In this document: one piece after another, positions 49,187-58,053 of the stretch | Layout of the letters: the number at the start of each line of letters is the position of its first letter | How positions within the stretch are numbered: position 1 is the first letter of the stretch | DNA from: a virus | DNA length: 64,000 nucleotides | IMG/VR virus record: IMGVR_UViG_3300033182_000991 | Location: 1-64,000 of that record | Direction: 5' to 3' (one strand) | The notes under the pieces: model-generated | What the model saw: the letters and a program-made list of their open reading frames with translations, nothing else | Told to the model about the DNA's origin: nothing | Databases searched by the model: none | Made by a program: the position numbers and the translations under genes

Positions 49187-49765
49187 TTAATATTCTGTGT
49201 TGAAGAAAAATACTTGAAATAGTCTTCCATCATTTATATCTCTACCGAAGTAATCTAATGAGATATGGAAATTGTCGGCTCTATACATAACCATTCGATT
49301 AAATAGATTTCCAAACTTATCTACCTGTTCCCATTTGGTAATGTCTTTTGCCGTTTCCATTGGTGAGTTAGGGTCGAACTCATCGTCCTTATGTTCCTCA
49401 TAATTCCAACTCATCAGTCCTGTGTGTTTGTGACGATAAATTCCTGTTCCTGCGGTTACAGGTGCGTCGGGTGTTAGATATAGTACTGCTGCCCAATCAG
49501 TATAAGAGTCTGAGTGAATCCATGAACGGTCTTGGGCGGTCGTATACTGGAATGAACCTGTATATTCACCACCCCAAAAGGTTACCTCACCTGCGATGGG
49601 TCTTAAAATATCTGCTAAACCTTCTTTAATATCTTCATTAAGGTGTGGTTTGGTTCTGAAACCTGGAAAGTTGCCAGTCACGTCAAACTCTTGCTGAAGA
49701 GCAAAGTCTCGTACCTCGTAAGGGTTGCTGTAAAAATCATCAATGATTAATGAATTGACTCTCAT
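49187..49765 (-). CDS. DUF6445-like / 2OG-oxygenase-fold protein
   Basis: IIDDFY.NP, FPGFRT, WIHSD, VLYLTP, FNRMVMY, FH, RLFQVFF. Confidence 0.7.
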   Translation of the reverse strand: MRVNSLIIDDFYSNPYEVRDFALQQEFDVTGNFPGFRTKPHLNEDIKEGLADILRPIAGEVTFWGGEYTGSFQYTTAQDRSWIHSDSYTDWAAVLYLTPDAPVTAGTGIYRHKHTGLMSWNYEEHKDDEFDPNSPMETAKDITKWEQVDKFGNLFNRMVMYRADNFHISLDYFGRDINDGRLFQVFFFNTEY

Positions 49766-49816
49766 AGTATCTTTTTTGTTAAAGATAAATCAAAAGGATA
49801 TAAAGAAAATATGATT

Positions 49817-50791
49817 TTATAGATAATCTTTGAAGTTGTCATTGATGAATTCTCTTACTCTTCCATCATCTGCCCATTCAGGCCAACTAACACGAATGGA
49901 TTCACCTTCTTCAACTAAGAAATATTCTAATAGACTTTCAAGACTTCCGTAATATTCAAAGTCATTATCACTTTGGTAACCACCCCAATTTAAAACTTTT
50001 TTAACTACTCTTGGTAGTAATTTTGTTACATCAACTTGTGTATAGGTATCATCAACTTCAATTGGTTGATTGGTGCCGGCTTTGTAAGTCTTTCTTTTAT
50101 AAGGGACTTCACGCATGAAGAAGTGTTCCTCAAATAAATTTCTTAGTCCATTCATCACATCGTCATACAACTCATCATAGTAAGCTGATTCCTCAGCATT
50201 TATATGAATAGTTTCTAATTCTTGTAAAACTTCAGGAGCATTTTCTTTGATAAATGATGATAGTTCATCGTCATCCATATTATCAATAAGGTCAAAGGTT
50301 GCAATGTCTTTAACATCATTCACTTCCACTTCTTTACCTTCAACTTCTTGGTAAACGGATTGCTTCAAATAATTAACATTATCGGGAGTAAGCTCTCCAA
50401 TGAAATAGGTAAGGTCATAAATCTGTGAATCTATATCTAAGAAAGGTGTATCATCTTGTAGAATTAACTTAGCTAAACCTTGTGAGTTGTCTCTATCATC
50501 TCTGAAGAATTTTGACAAATCCTCACGGTCAATCCTCATCCAATATTTATTACCATCCATAGTAACATCGTCAAGGTAACCAAGGAGAAATTCAACAACA
50601 AACTTAGGGTCATCCTCGTAGTGAGCGTTCATCACCTCAGTTAAATAACCTTCTTCAATGAGGTGGTCTAACATTTCACCTAACAGATTTTTGGATTTTA
50701 AGAATTTAATAAAAGCATCGGAATCTCCATTGAAATATTTACCGATGAAATCCCCGAGGTCGTTATCTTCTAAGAATTGGATTAAGTCCAT
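49817..50791 (-). CDS. acidic hypothetical protein
   Basis: 324 aa; TATTTAT upstream on - strand. Confidence 0.7.
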   Translation of the reverse strand: MDLIQFLEDNDLGDFIGKYFNGDSDAFIKFLKSKNLLGEMLDHLIEEGYLTEVMNAHYEDDPKFVVEFLLGYLDDVTMDGNKYWMRIDREDLSKFFRDDRDNSQGLAKLILQDDTPFLDIDSQIYDLTYFIGELTPDNVNYLKQSVYQEVEGKEVEVNDVKDIATFDLIDNMDDDELSSFIKENAPEVLQELETIHINAEESAYYDELYDDVMNGLRNLFEEHFFMREVPYKRKTYKAGTNQPIEVDDTYTQVDVTKLLPRVVKKVLNWGGYQSDNDFEYYGSLESLLEYFLVEEGESIRVSWPEWADDGRVREFINDNFKDYL

Positions 50792-50815
50792 TGTTATTGT
50801 TTTATTATAAATACA

Positions 50816-50845
50816 AAAAAAGGGAGAAATAATTCCTCCCTTTTA
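50816..50845 (-). terminator. intrinsic terminator
   Basis: aaaagggag..ctccctttt hairpin with A run. Confidence 0.6.
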
Positions 50846-50868
50846 TTCTGTTTAATTTTTTCTTTCTA

Positions 50869-50994
50869 TTACTTCTTTTCGTAATACTTTTCAACAGTCT
50901 TTTTAATGGCGTTTTGAACCTGAGTCTGTGTTGAGGCAGCTTGAGTTTGAGTTTGTTTTGCTGCTTGTGCTTTTTGTTTACATCCGCATCCCAT
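50869..50994 (-). CDS. small MGCGCK-start protein (41 aa), not in ORF track
   Basis: MGCGCKQKAQAAKQTQTQAASTQTQVQNAIKKTVEKYYEKK*; TATTTAT at 51032 (-), terminator downstream. Confidence 0.65.
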   Translation of the reverse strand: MGCGCKQKAQAAKQTQTQAASTQTQVQNAIKKTVEKYYEKK

Positions 50995-51063
50995 AGTTTT
51001 ATTTTTTTAAGGTGAAAAAGTTTATTTACTAATAAATATATTTGGTTTTAATTATCTGTAAAG

Positions 51064-51699
51064 ATGAACGCAAGTAAAAAATGTAATTTAATATACTGGG
51101 GGACTGCGGGATGTGGTTCTCGTAGTATCGGTAGTTTCATTCAAAGAGTTGGATGTGACGATTTTAAGAACACCGTGTACGACCAACTCATTGCAGTGGA
51201 ATGTTCCCATACTCATAACGTAGGAATACCTGAAGGTTATGAAGATTGTGATATCGTTGCCGTGGTTAGAAACCCATATTCATTATTTGTGAGTAGGTGG
51301 TTTGACGAGTCCAATGACTTTGAATACGAAGAAGTAAGAAATGGATTCAAAGATTTTGTGTATAATAATCCGTTGTGGGATTACTTTGGACAAGGTGATT
51401 TCTTTTTCCTACATCAATGGAAAGAGATTGGTAGGTTTCCCAACCATATTATAAGGATGGAACATATGGAAGAAGACTTAAATAAGGTCAAAGTCCTTAG
51501 AGATATGGAAAAGTTTGATGAAAGTATCGAAACATATGTCACGCAAAATATATTCAAGAACGGTTCTAAGAACGACAGTTACATCGGTGAACATCAGGAT
51601 TATAAGATTTATTGGACAGAAGATATTGCAGACTTCTTTTATGAGAAGATGGAGGAATATTTCACCACCTTCAATTATGATAGAGATTCTTGGAAGTAA
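51064..51699 (+). CDS. sulfotransferase-family-like protein
   Basis: AGCGSRS (degenerate 5'-PSB), VRNPYSLFVS, IRMEHMEEDL, Y..YW..FNY. Confidence 0.65.
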   Translation: MNASKKCNLIYWGTAGCGSRSIGSFIQRVGCDDFKNTVYDQLIAVECSHTHNVGIPEGYEDCDIVAVVRNPYSLFVSRWFDESNDFEYEEVRNGFKDFVYNNPLWDYFGQGDFFFLHQWKEIGRFPNHIIRMEHMEEDLNKVKVLRDMEKFDESIETYVTQNIFKNGSKNDSYIGEHQDYKIYWTEDIADFFYEKMEEYFTTFNYDRDSWK

Positions 51700-51724
51700 G
51701 AGTATTTATAGTAAACGATAATGT

Positions 51725-53320
51725 ATGAGTCTTAGTCAGATATTACTTGAGGGGAGAAAAGATGATTTCTTAAATAAGTTTAGGGATAAGTTTACTGGTG
51801 AAGAGTTGAAAGATATCTTCATGTTGTCTCGTGATTTGGCATCCAACCATAAGTTCTTAATGTTCTTAGGTAAGGTGTTGGAAACAGGTAAGGTAGATAT
51901 CAATAAGACCAGAGACCTTATTCAGAACTTCGTGAAATACCAAAAGGTATTACCAACGAAAGACATTTACTTATTTGATAGTCTTCAATCTATTCAAGAT
52001 GAGATTGACCAACACGAAAACAAAGTCAGAAGGCAGGTTAAGGAGTTGGAAGGTGCCGACCAAGTATATGAAGACGACAGGTTCGTTATTGTAACACCAA
52101 AGAATCACAAAACAAGTTGTTATTATGGTGCTGGTACCAAATGGTGTACTGCGTCTATGGATGGTTCTTCACACTTTGACCGTTACAATCAAGACGGTAA
52201 GTTGTTCTACATCATTGATAAGAAAGCCAAATCTCAGGACCGTTTTTACAAAGTTGCATTACTAAACAAATATGATGGTAACCAAACATTCTATGATGCT
52301 CCTGATAAAGCCTTCAATGAAGGTTGGATTTTAGGTTCAGAACAATGGAACAAAATGAATGGTGCTATTCAAGACTACATTCAAAGTAAATTCAAAAGAG
52401 AGATTGATATTTTCAAAGATAAGGAAGCGGCACGTCTTGAGATGGAAAGAATCCGTAGAGAACAACAGGCTGAGAGAACAAGACAAAAACTACAAACTCA
52501 AAGAGAACGTAAAGAAAATGACGAATGGAATCTCAATAACAATCCTGATGAAATGGGTATTCATGCTAATGCCGTATTCAACATACTTGATGATTTGGGT
52601 GTTGAAGTGGGTGAAGGTGAAAGTGTTTATAACTTAGTACCAGCGGACCACGGTCATATGGGTCTAACAACTTTTGAATGGTTGGGTGAAGACGAGCAAG
52701 GAAGAGAGATTGCGGTAGGTGATTGGGACCAAGTGTGGGAAGCGGCAAAAGATTACTACCAAAACGTTTGGGATGAAATGGGTATTGAAGGTTGGAATAG
52801 AGACTTCATTGAATCACACTTAGATACTGATAAGGTTGAGGATTACTTTGAAGAGATATATGAGTCAATGATTGATGACGACCCACAGTCTTATTTTGAC
52901 GAAGATGAATTACCTTTATCTGAAGAACAACAACAAAAGGTTGAGAAACTTAGAGAAGAGATTGAAGAGTTGAATGATATTGTCAATTACTCTGAAGATG
53001 AAGATGAGATTGGTTTTGCCGAAGAAAGAATCCAAGAGATTGAATCAGAGATAGAAGACGAAGAAAACAATCCTGAAGGTGAACCTACAGTAGGTCAGAT
53101 AGAGGACAAAGTTCAAGATATGTTGTATGATGTAAAACAGAACCCTCTTGACTACTTGAATGACTATGGATTTGACATTGGTGGTTTTGTTGATGTTGAC
53201 GAGCTCATTGAAGATTCCCTTAATTACGACGGTGTTGGACCTGCATTATCATCTTATGATGGTGAGGTATATGAATCACTTATAAATGGTGAGTGGTATC
53301 ACGTAGTTATTGTTGAATAA
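51725..53320 (+). CDS. putative virion protein with CxYG..WCT domain and acidic C-terminal region
   Basis: SCYYGAGTKWCTAS..FDRY..GKLFYII; LLEG N-terminus; TATTTAT upstream. Confidence 0.7.
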   Translation: MSLSQILLEGRKDDFLNKFRDKFTGEELKDIFMLSRDLASNHKFLMFLGKVLETGKVDINKTRDLIQNFVKYQKVLPTKDIYLFDSLQSIQDEIDQHENKVRRQVKELEGADQVYEDDRFVIVTPKNHKTSCYYGAGTKWCTASMDGSSHFDRYNQDGKLFYIIDKKAKSQDRFYKVALLNKYDGNQTFYDAPDKAFNEGWILGSEQWNKMNGAIQDYIQSKFKREIDIFKDKEAARLEMERIRREQQAERTRQKLQTQRERKENDEWNLNNNPDEMGIHANAVFNILDDLGVEVGEGESVYNLVPADHGHMGLTTFEWLGEDEQGREIAVGDWDQVWEAAKDYYQNVWDEMGIEGWNRDFIESHLDTDKVEDYFEEIYESMIDDDPQSYFDEDELPLSEEQQQKVEKLREEIEELNDIVNYSEDEDEIGFAEERIQEIESEIEDEENNPEGEPTVGQIEDKVQDMLYDVKQNPLDYLNDYGFDIGGFVDVDELIEDSLNYDGVGPALSSYDGEVYESLINGEWYHVVIVE

Positions 53321-53356
53321 TTCTTCCAATAACTTATATTACTAAAAACTTTACGG

Positions 53357-54100
53357 ATGCAATTAGACTGGATTATTCAAGACCCAATAGATTTCGAGCA
53401 CAAACAATATTTGATTCTCGATTATATAAAGAAGACTGGTGAGAAGTTGGAGAGATTTGAACTCTACCCTGCTTTTCAGGAATTGTCTTTGTTATATAGT
53501 AGTGCTCAGAGAGTTTTGGACCACGGTCAATTCATTACGTTTAAGAGAGAACCTGAGGAAATAGATGATGAAATATTATTTATTGATTTGATATATAATA
53601 CCATTAGATTCAAAGATTCTGAGGAGGGTAACGAAATATTAAAGATTGCGGAATTTGCCACTAAGTCATTCAAGGAATTGTTTATGGTTGCAAAATCTTT
53701 ATGGTCGATTATAAATGACAGTGTTAGTTTAGAAATCACAAACGACTTAAATAGAGCTAAGGGTGGTTGGGGTTACTTTTATTTTGACTATAATGGTGAG
53801 TTATATGTATATGAATATCATATAAAACTTTTGAATCCAAAGGCCCGTGAAAATAAATGTTATATCACAAACATCTATAGAGGTAAAGAGAAAGATATTG
53901 ATGAAATTATCACAGAAAAGGGGTATTTTGGTATTAATGGTGAAAAACCGAATGAACATTTTGGTTTGGAATTTCCGATTTTTAAGATTACATTTGACCA
54001 AACCTTTCCATTGGAAGGGTGTTTACTTTCTTTGAGTAAGAGGAAAGTAATGAATTACATATTTCAATCGATTAAAATAAAAGACCTTAAAATAAATTAA
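53357..54100 (+). CDS. hypothetical protein
   Basis: 247 aa; W..PIDFEHKQY.LDY N-terminus. Confidence 0.7.
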   Translation: MQLDWIIQDPIDFEHKQYLILDYIKKTGEKLERFELYPAFQELSLLYSSAQRVLDHGQFITFKREPEEIDDEILFIDLIYNTIRFKDSEEGNEILKIAEFATKSFKELFMVAKSLWSIINDSVSLEITNDLNRAKGGWGYFYFDYNGELYVYEYHIKLLNPKARENKCYITNIYRGKEKDIDEIITEKGYFGINGEKPNEHFGLEFPIFKITFDQTFPLEGCLLSLSKRKVMNYIFQSIKIKDLKIN

Positions 54101-54101
54101 G

Positions 54102-54221
54102 ATGGATATTACAACAAAAATTGACACAGAGTACCTTTACCAATTAGTAAAAGAGACACCAAACGATTTAGAGTTAGGTGGAAAAATCAGAGCCTACATT
54201 TATGAAGTCGAAGAAGCCTGA
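54102..54221 (+). CDS. small hypothetical protein (39 aa), not in ORF track
   Basis: MDITTKIDTEYLYQLVKETPNDLELGGKIRAYIYEVEEA*. Confidence 0.5.
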   Translation: MDITTKIDTEYLYQLVKETPNDLELGGKIRAYIYEVEEA

Positions 54222-54609
54222 TAATGTTGTATGGGACGATAAACTTCAAAAGTATAACGCTTCTTTATTACCTTACTCCACTAATGTTAGTGGGCCAGTC
54301 ATCAAGTTAGATGATGTAGGTGCATTCAAAGAAAGGGGTGTTAACAGAGTTCAAAAGACCTTCAGTGCGAAATATAAAGAATTGGTTGATGAATACAATC
54401 ACCTCATCAGTGAAGTAGAACTGAATGAGATGATTTATAATTCAAATTATTCTTTTGAACCTGTTATTGGTGAAATTTATCATTTGTATATTAGAAATAA
54501 TGGAAAATATTTCTTATCTTTGATATCTCCACGAGAGTGGAATATGGAATACATAACATCAGTAAGACTTAATTCAGAACATAAATGGGTTTCAACAAAA
54601 GATTTCTAA
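54202..54609 (+). CDS. DUF2452-like protein
   Basis: KKPDNVV, LLPYSTNV..P.I, FEPVIGEIYHLY, LSLISPREW. Confidence 0.65.
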   Translation: MKSKKPDNVVWDDKLQKYNASLLPYSTNVSGPVIKLDDVGAFKERGVNRVQKTFSAKYKELVDEYNHLISEVELNEMIYNSNYSFEPVIGEIYHLYIRNNGKYFLSLISPREWNMEYITSVRLNSEHKWVSTKDF

Positions 54610-54770
54610 ACAAAGAGGTAATCCTTAGGACCGAAGAAAAATTCTTGGACGATTTATTCAGTGCAGATGCTTTCATCATGGACGAATGGTCAGAAAAGTT
54701 TATGAAGCTTCACGAAGATGGATTAGATAAACTTCAAATTATTGGAATGTTAGATGATGGAGAAAATTAA
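54585..54770 (+). CDS. hypothetical protein
   Basis: MGFNKRFL.. 61 aa. Confidence 0.55.
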   Translation: MGFNKRFLNKEVILRTEEKFLDDLFSADAFIMDEWSEKFMKLHEDGLDKLQIIGMLDDGEN

Positions 54771-55740
54771 TTTTTCCGACTCTTCATTATACCACCCAAA
54801 AGGTATATTGAGGAAACCTATCAACATTGAAATCACTGACGATGTAATCTCAGTGGTTTTAGCTGGTGGTTTGGGTAACATGATGTTCCAAATATCCACC
54901 ATCTTATCTTACGCCAAAGATAATAATCTACGACCTCTTATTGGTTATTGGACCACACACCAATCAGAAAGTTCCCGATGGTCAAAGAGGTTGAATCGTT
55001 ATGCGAGGAATCATCACTTTGAACCGTGGGGTGGACACATCTTACAAGACAGACCAGTTTCGTTGGGTGAGGTATACCCAAAGTTACCGTGGTTTAACGA
55101 TAGACCAAACGCATTTGAGTGGTGGTTCAATCAAGACTTTGCGTATGAATTAGATACTGGTAAGTCTGGGTTGTTTGTGGATATTGGTAAGGATTTGACT
55201 CCACCATTTTTAGTTCAGGGTTACTTCTTCAACTACAGATTTTGGCACCACAACAGAGACTATATCTTGGATATGTTTACATTGGATGAGGAACTAAGGG
55301 ATTGGATGTACTACCACTATGGTAACCTTTTCCAAGAAAAGACAATCTCAGTACACTTACGATTAGGTAATGATACAGACTTTATGCCTGTTGAGAAGGT
55401 TCCAATGAAATGGGTGATAGATAAAATTGAGTCATTAGTTGAAGGTAAAGATGACAATGTATTAATTTTTTCAGATAATTTACCTGCTGCAAAAAAAATG
55501 TTGTATCTTAACTGTGATGTTCGTCGTTCACAATTACATTTCATTGAGGATGACCCTTACATTTGTATGGAGTTGATGTCACGATGTGAAAAACACATAT
55601 TATCCAATTCAACCTTATCTTTTTGGGGTGCATATATGGATAGAAATGAAAACAATCCCGAGACTTATATACACGAGTCTTTCTTCAAGGAACACCCAAT
55701 TGAGATGATTCCTTATGACAACTGGAAAATAGAAGAATAA
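54754..55740 (+). CDS. alpha-1,2-fucosyltransferase-like (GT11)
   Basis: GGLGNMMFQ, QGYF, SVHLRLGND, IFSDN, MSRCEKHILSNSTLSFWGAY. Confidence 0.88.
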   Translation: MMEKINFSDSSLYHPKGILRKPINIEITDDVISVVLAGGLGNMMFQISTILSYAKDNNLRPLIGYWTTHQSESSRWSKRLNRYARNHHFEPWGGHILQDRPVSLGEVYPKLPWFNDRPNAFEWWFNQDFAYELDTGKSGLFVDIGKDLTPPFLVQGYFFNYRFWHHNRDYILDMFTLDEELRDWMYYHYGNLFQEKTISVHLRLGNDTDFMPVEKVPMKWVIDKIESLVEGKDDNVLIFSDNLPAAKKMLYLNCDVRRSQLHFIEDDPYICMELMSRCEKHILSNSTLSFWGAYMDRNENNPETYIHESFFKEHPIEMIPYDNWKIEE

Positions 55741-55757
55741 TTATAAATAAAAGAACC

Positions 55758-55952
55758 ATGAGAAAACCAAAATCCGATTTTGAACTTTTAGCTCCAAAGA
55801 TGAGACAACCGATTCACATTACTTATCTCGCTAAATACATCCTTAAAAAGACTATTGAAGAAACGCAAGAAGTGATTAACAGAGGTGTTGATATGGGAAT
55901 ATTTGAGGAAGTAAAATTTAATGGTTACTTCAAACTAAAAAACCAAGATTAA
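55758..55952 (+). CDS. small hypothetical (winged-helix-like) protein
   Basis: 64 aa. Confidence 0.55.
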   Translation: MRKPKSDFELLAPKMRQPIHITYLAKYILKKTIEETQEVINRGVDMGIFEEVKFNGYFKLKNQD

Positions 55953-55953
55953 G

Positions 55954-56175
55954 ATGAGTAAAGAGTTGGTTAACCATCCCGACCATTACGGTGGGGAAGA
56001 GAATCCGTATGAGGTGGTGAAGATTGCTGAGGCGACAGGGATTGATAAAGATGCCTACCTATTCAATGTACTGAAATATATTGTCAGAAGTGGAAAGAAA
56101 GATGACAATCCACCTTTACAAGATTTGAAAAAAGCGTTATGGTATTTGGAACGCAGAATTAAAACAATGGAATAA
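55954..56175 (+). CDS. DUF3310 (SaV-like) protein
   Basis: VNHPDHY, NVLKYIVRSGKK, DLKKALWYL. Confidence 0.85.
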   Translation: MSKELVNHPDHYGGEENPYEVVKIAEATGIDKDAYLFNVLKYIVRSGKKDDNPPLQDLKKALWYLERRIKTME

Positions 56176-56351
56176 TGGCGATATTGATTAACTATCTATT
56201 CATCGGAGTATTGGTGGCATTTCTTTTGGAGATGTTGGTCGGTAAAGTTGCTGGTGAAAGATTCACATTCGGTGAAAGACTATTTGTAATCACACTATGG
56301 CCGATTTCCCTTATGGTGTTCCTAACAGGATTTTTTAACGAAGGAGAATGA
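56175..56351 (+). CDS. small two-TM membrane protein (58 aa), not in ORF track
   Basis: MAILINYLFIGVLVAFLLEML..LWPISLMVFL; start and stop overlap both neighbours. Confidence 0.6.
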   Translation: MAILINYLFIGVLVAFLLEMLVGKVAGERFTFGERLFVITLWPISLMVFLTGFFNEGE

Positions 56352-57232
56352 AAGAAATAAAAGAATTAATAGGAGACATTCACTGTTCGGATACAGTGAA
56401 GTTTATGAATGAAATGCCTGAGAAGTCGATTGACTTGATTGTCACATCACCACCTTATGGGGTTGGGATTGACTATGACTGTTGGGACGATGATAAATAC
56501 TTTTCTGAGTATATGGAGTTTACTCGTGAATGGTTAAGTGCTGCGTACCGCGTGTTGAAAGACGATGGTCGTATTGCGGTAAACATTCCATATGAGATTA
56601 ACCGTCAGAAGAAAGGTGGTCGTATCTATTTCTCTGCGGAGATTTGGATGGTAATGAAACATCTGGGTTTCGGGTTCTTTGGTCTTGTGGATTTGGAAGA
56701 GAGTTCACCACACAGAAGTAAGACAACTGCTTGGGGTAGTTGGATGAGTCCATCCGCACCATACATCTACAATCCGAAAGAGTGTGTCATCTTAGCGTAT
56801 AAGAATCTTCCAAAGAAAAAAACAAAGGGAACACCTCAATGGGAAGGTGAATACCAAATGGTTCCAAACGAGAAGATTGAGGGTGAGTTCAGAAAGAAGT
56901 TGGTTTATGATGAGAAAGATAAGAAAGACTTTATGTCTTTGGTCTTCGGTCAGTGGAACTACTTTGCGGATACTCAACAGAAGACTAAGGCGACCTTCTC
57001 TTTGGACATTCCATACAGAGCGATTAAGATTATGTCTTACAAAGAAGATTTAGTATTTGACCCATTCAACGGTTCAGGAACAACATGTTTAGCTGCTGAG
57101 ATGTTGGGACGACCATGGTTGGGATGTGATATATCAAAGGACTATTGTGACGTTGCCAAAGAAAGACTCCAAGAGTATAAACTGGAACAGCAGCAGTTAG
57201 AAATTGTATTAGATGAGCATTCAAAACATTAA
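56348..57232 (+). CDS. DNA methyltransferase, N4-C/N6-A beta class
   Basis: DLIVTSPPY; VFDPFNGSGTT. Confidence 0.9.
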   Translation: MKEIKELIGDIHCSDTVKFMNEMPEKSIDLIVTSPPYGVGIDYDCWDDDKYFSEYMEFTREWLSAAYRVLKDDGRIAVNIPYEINRQKKGGRIYFSAEIWMVMKHLGFGFFGLVDLEESSPHRSKTTAWGSWMSPSAPYIYNPKECVILAYKNLPKKKTKGTPQWEGEYQMVPNEKIEGEFRKKLVYDEKDKKDFMSLVFGQWNYFADTQQKTKATFSLDIPYRAIKIMSYKEDLVFDPFNGSGTTCLAAEMLGRPWLGCDISKDYCDVAKERLQEYKLEQQQLEIVLDEHSKH

Positions 57233-57383
57233 AGTGATTGATGGTGATACTTTGATAATCACCACAACAGACAACGAGGTAAGGTGGTACGATAAGAACA
57301 AACTCAGTGGACCACAGAGAGCGTGGTTTGATAACATCTTAGCTTGTAGTGTATCATTAGTAGACGAAACCCCTTCAAGATAA
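57213..57383 (+). CDS. small hypothetical protein (56 aa), not in ORF track
   Basis: MSIQNIKVIDGDTLIITTTDNEVRWYDK..; ends inside terminator. Confidence 0.5.
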   Translation: MSIQNIKVIDGDTLIITTTDNEVRWYDKNKLSGPQRAWFDNILACSVSLVDETPSR

Positions 57384-57394
57384 GGGGTTTTTTC
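57367..57394 (+). terminator. intrinsic terminator
   Basis: aaacccctt-caagat-aaggggttt followed by T run. Confidence 0.7.
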
Positions 57395-57427
57395 TTGTTA
57401 AGGATATTTATAGTAAAGATTTTGTTG

Positions 57428-58042
57428 ATGAGAAGATATAGAATGACTGAGTCAGAAAAGAAAAGGATATTAACTTTACATGAGACTGCCACAAAAAATG
57501 TATATTTGAGTGAACAGAGTAGTGAAGTTGACTTTGGGTATGGACATGAAGGTAAACCTGCTGGTCAAGAAGTGTTTGACCACATTAGGAGTTTTGAAAA
57601 GTTTGTTCCTTATGTTTATGATGACGCGGTTTTCCCATCAAAGCCTTATGACCCTAACTCAGGTAGTCCCAAGGGAACACTAACTATTGGTTATGGTACT
57701 ACTAACCCTGACATTATCCAAAAATATCTTAATAAAATGACTCAGGAAGAGGCAATGAGGCTTTCAGCTGAGGATATAAAAGACGCTGCGAAGACCGTTA
57801 AGGACTGGCAAAGTAAAGACCCTGAAAATCGAAAACTAACCAAGGGTATGTATATTGCTCTGATTGATATGGCGTATAATAGAGGTCGTACTAACTTCAT
57901 GCAGAGTGGGGTATTAAAACAAATCACAAAAGGAAATTATAAACAAGCCGCACAGGAAATATTAAATGGTAAAGGTATTTGGGGTCACCCAGAGAGATTG
58001 AAAAAAGACTATGAGATGTTCTGTAGAGACGGAGGTTGTTAA
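57428..58042 (+). CDS. phage lysozyme (GH24-like) with N-terminal extension
   Basis: E..(FEKFVPYVYDD), LTIGYG, ALIDMAYNRG, AAQEI; MTESEKKRIL.LHE leader. Confidence 0.8.
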   Translation: MRRYRMTESEKKRILTLHETATKNVYLSEQSSEVDFGYGHEGKPAGQEVFDHIRSFEKFVPYVYDDAVFPSKPYDPNSGSPKGTLTIGYGTTNPDIIQKYLNKMTQEEAMRLSAEDIKDAAKTVKDWQSKDPENRKLTKGMYIALIDMAYNRGRTNFMQSGVLKQITKGNYKQAAQEILNGKGIWGHPERLKKDYEMFCRDGGC

Positions 58043-58053
58043 ATTATAGACAG

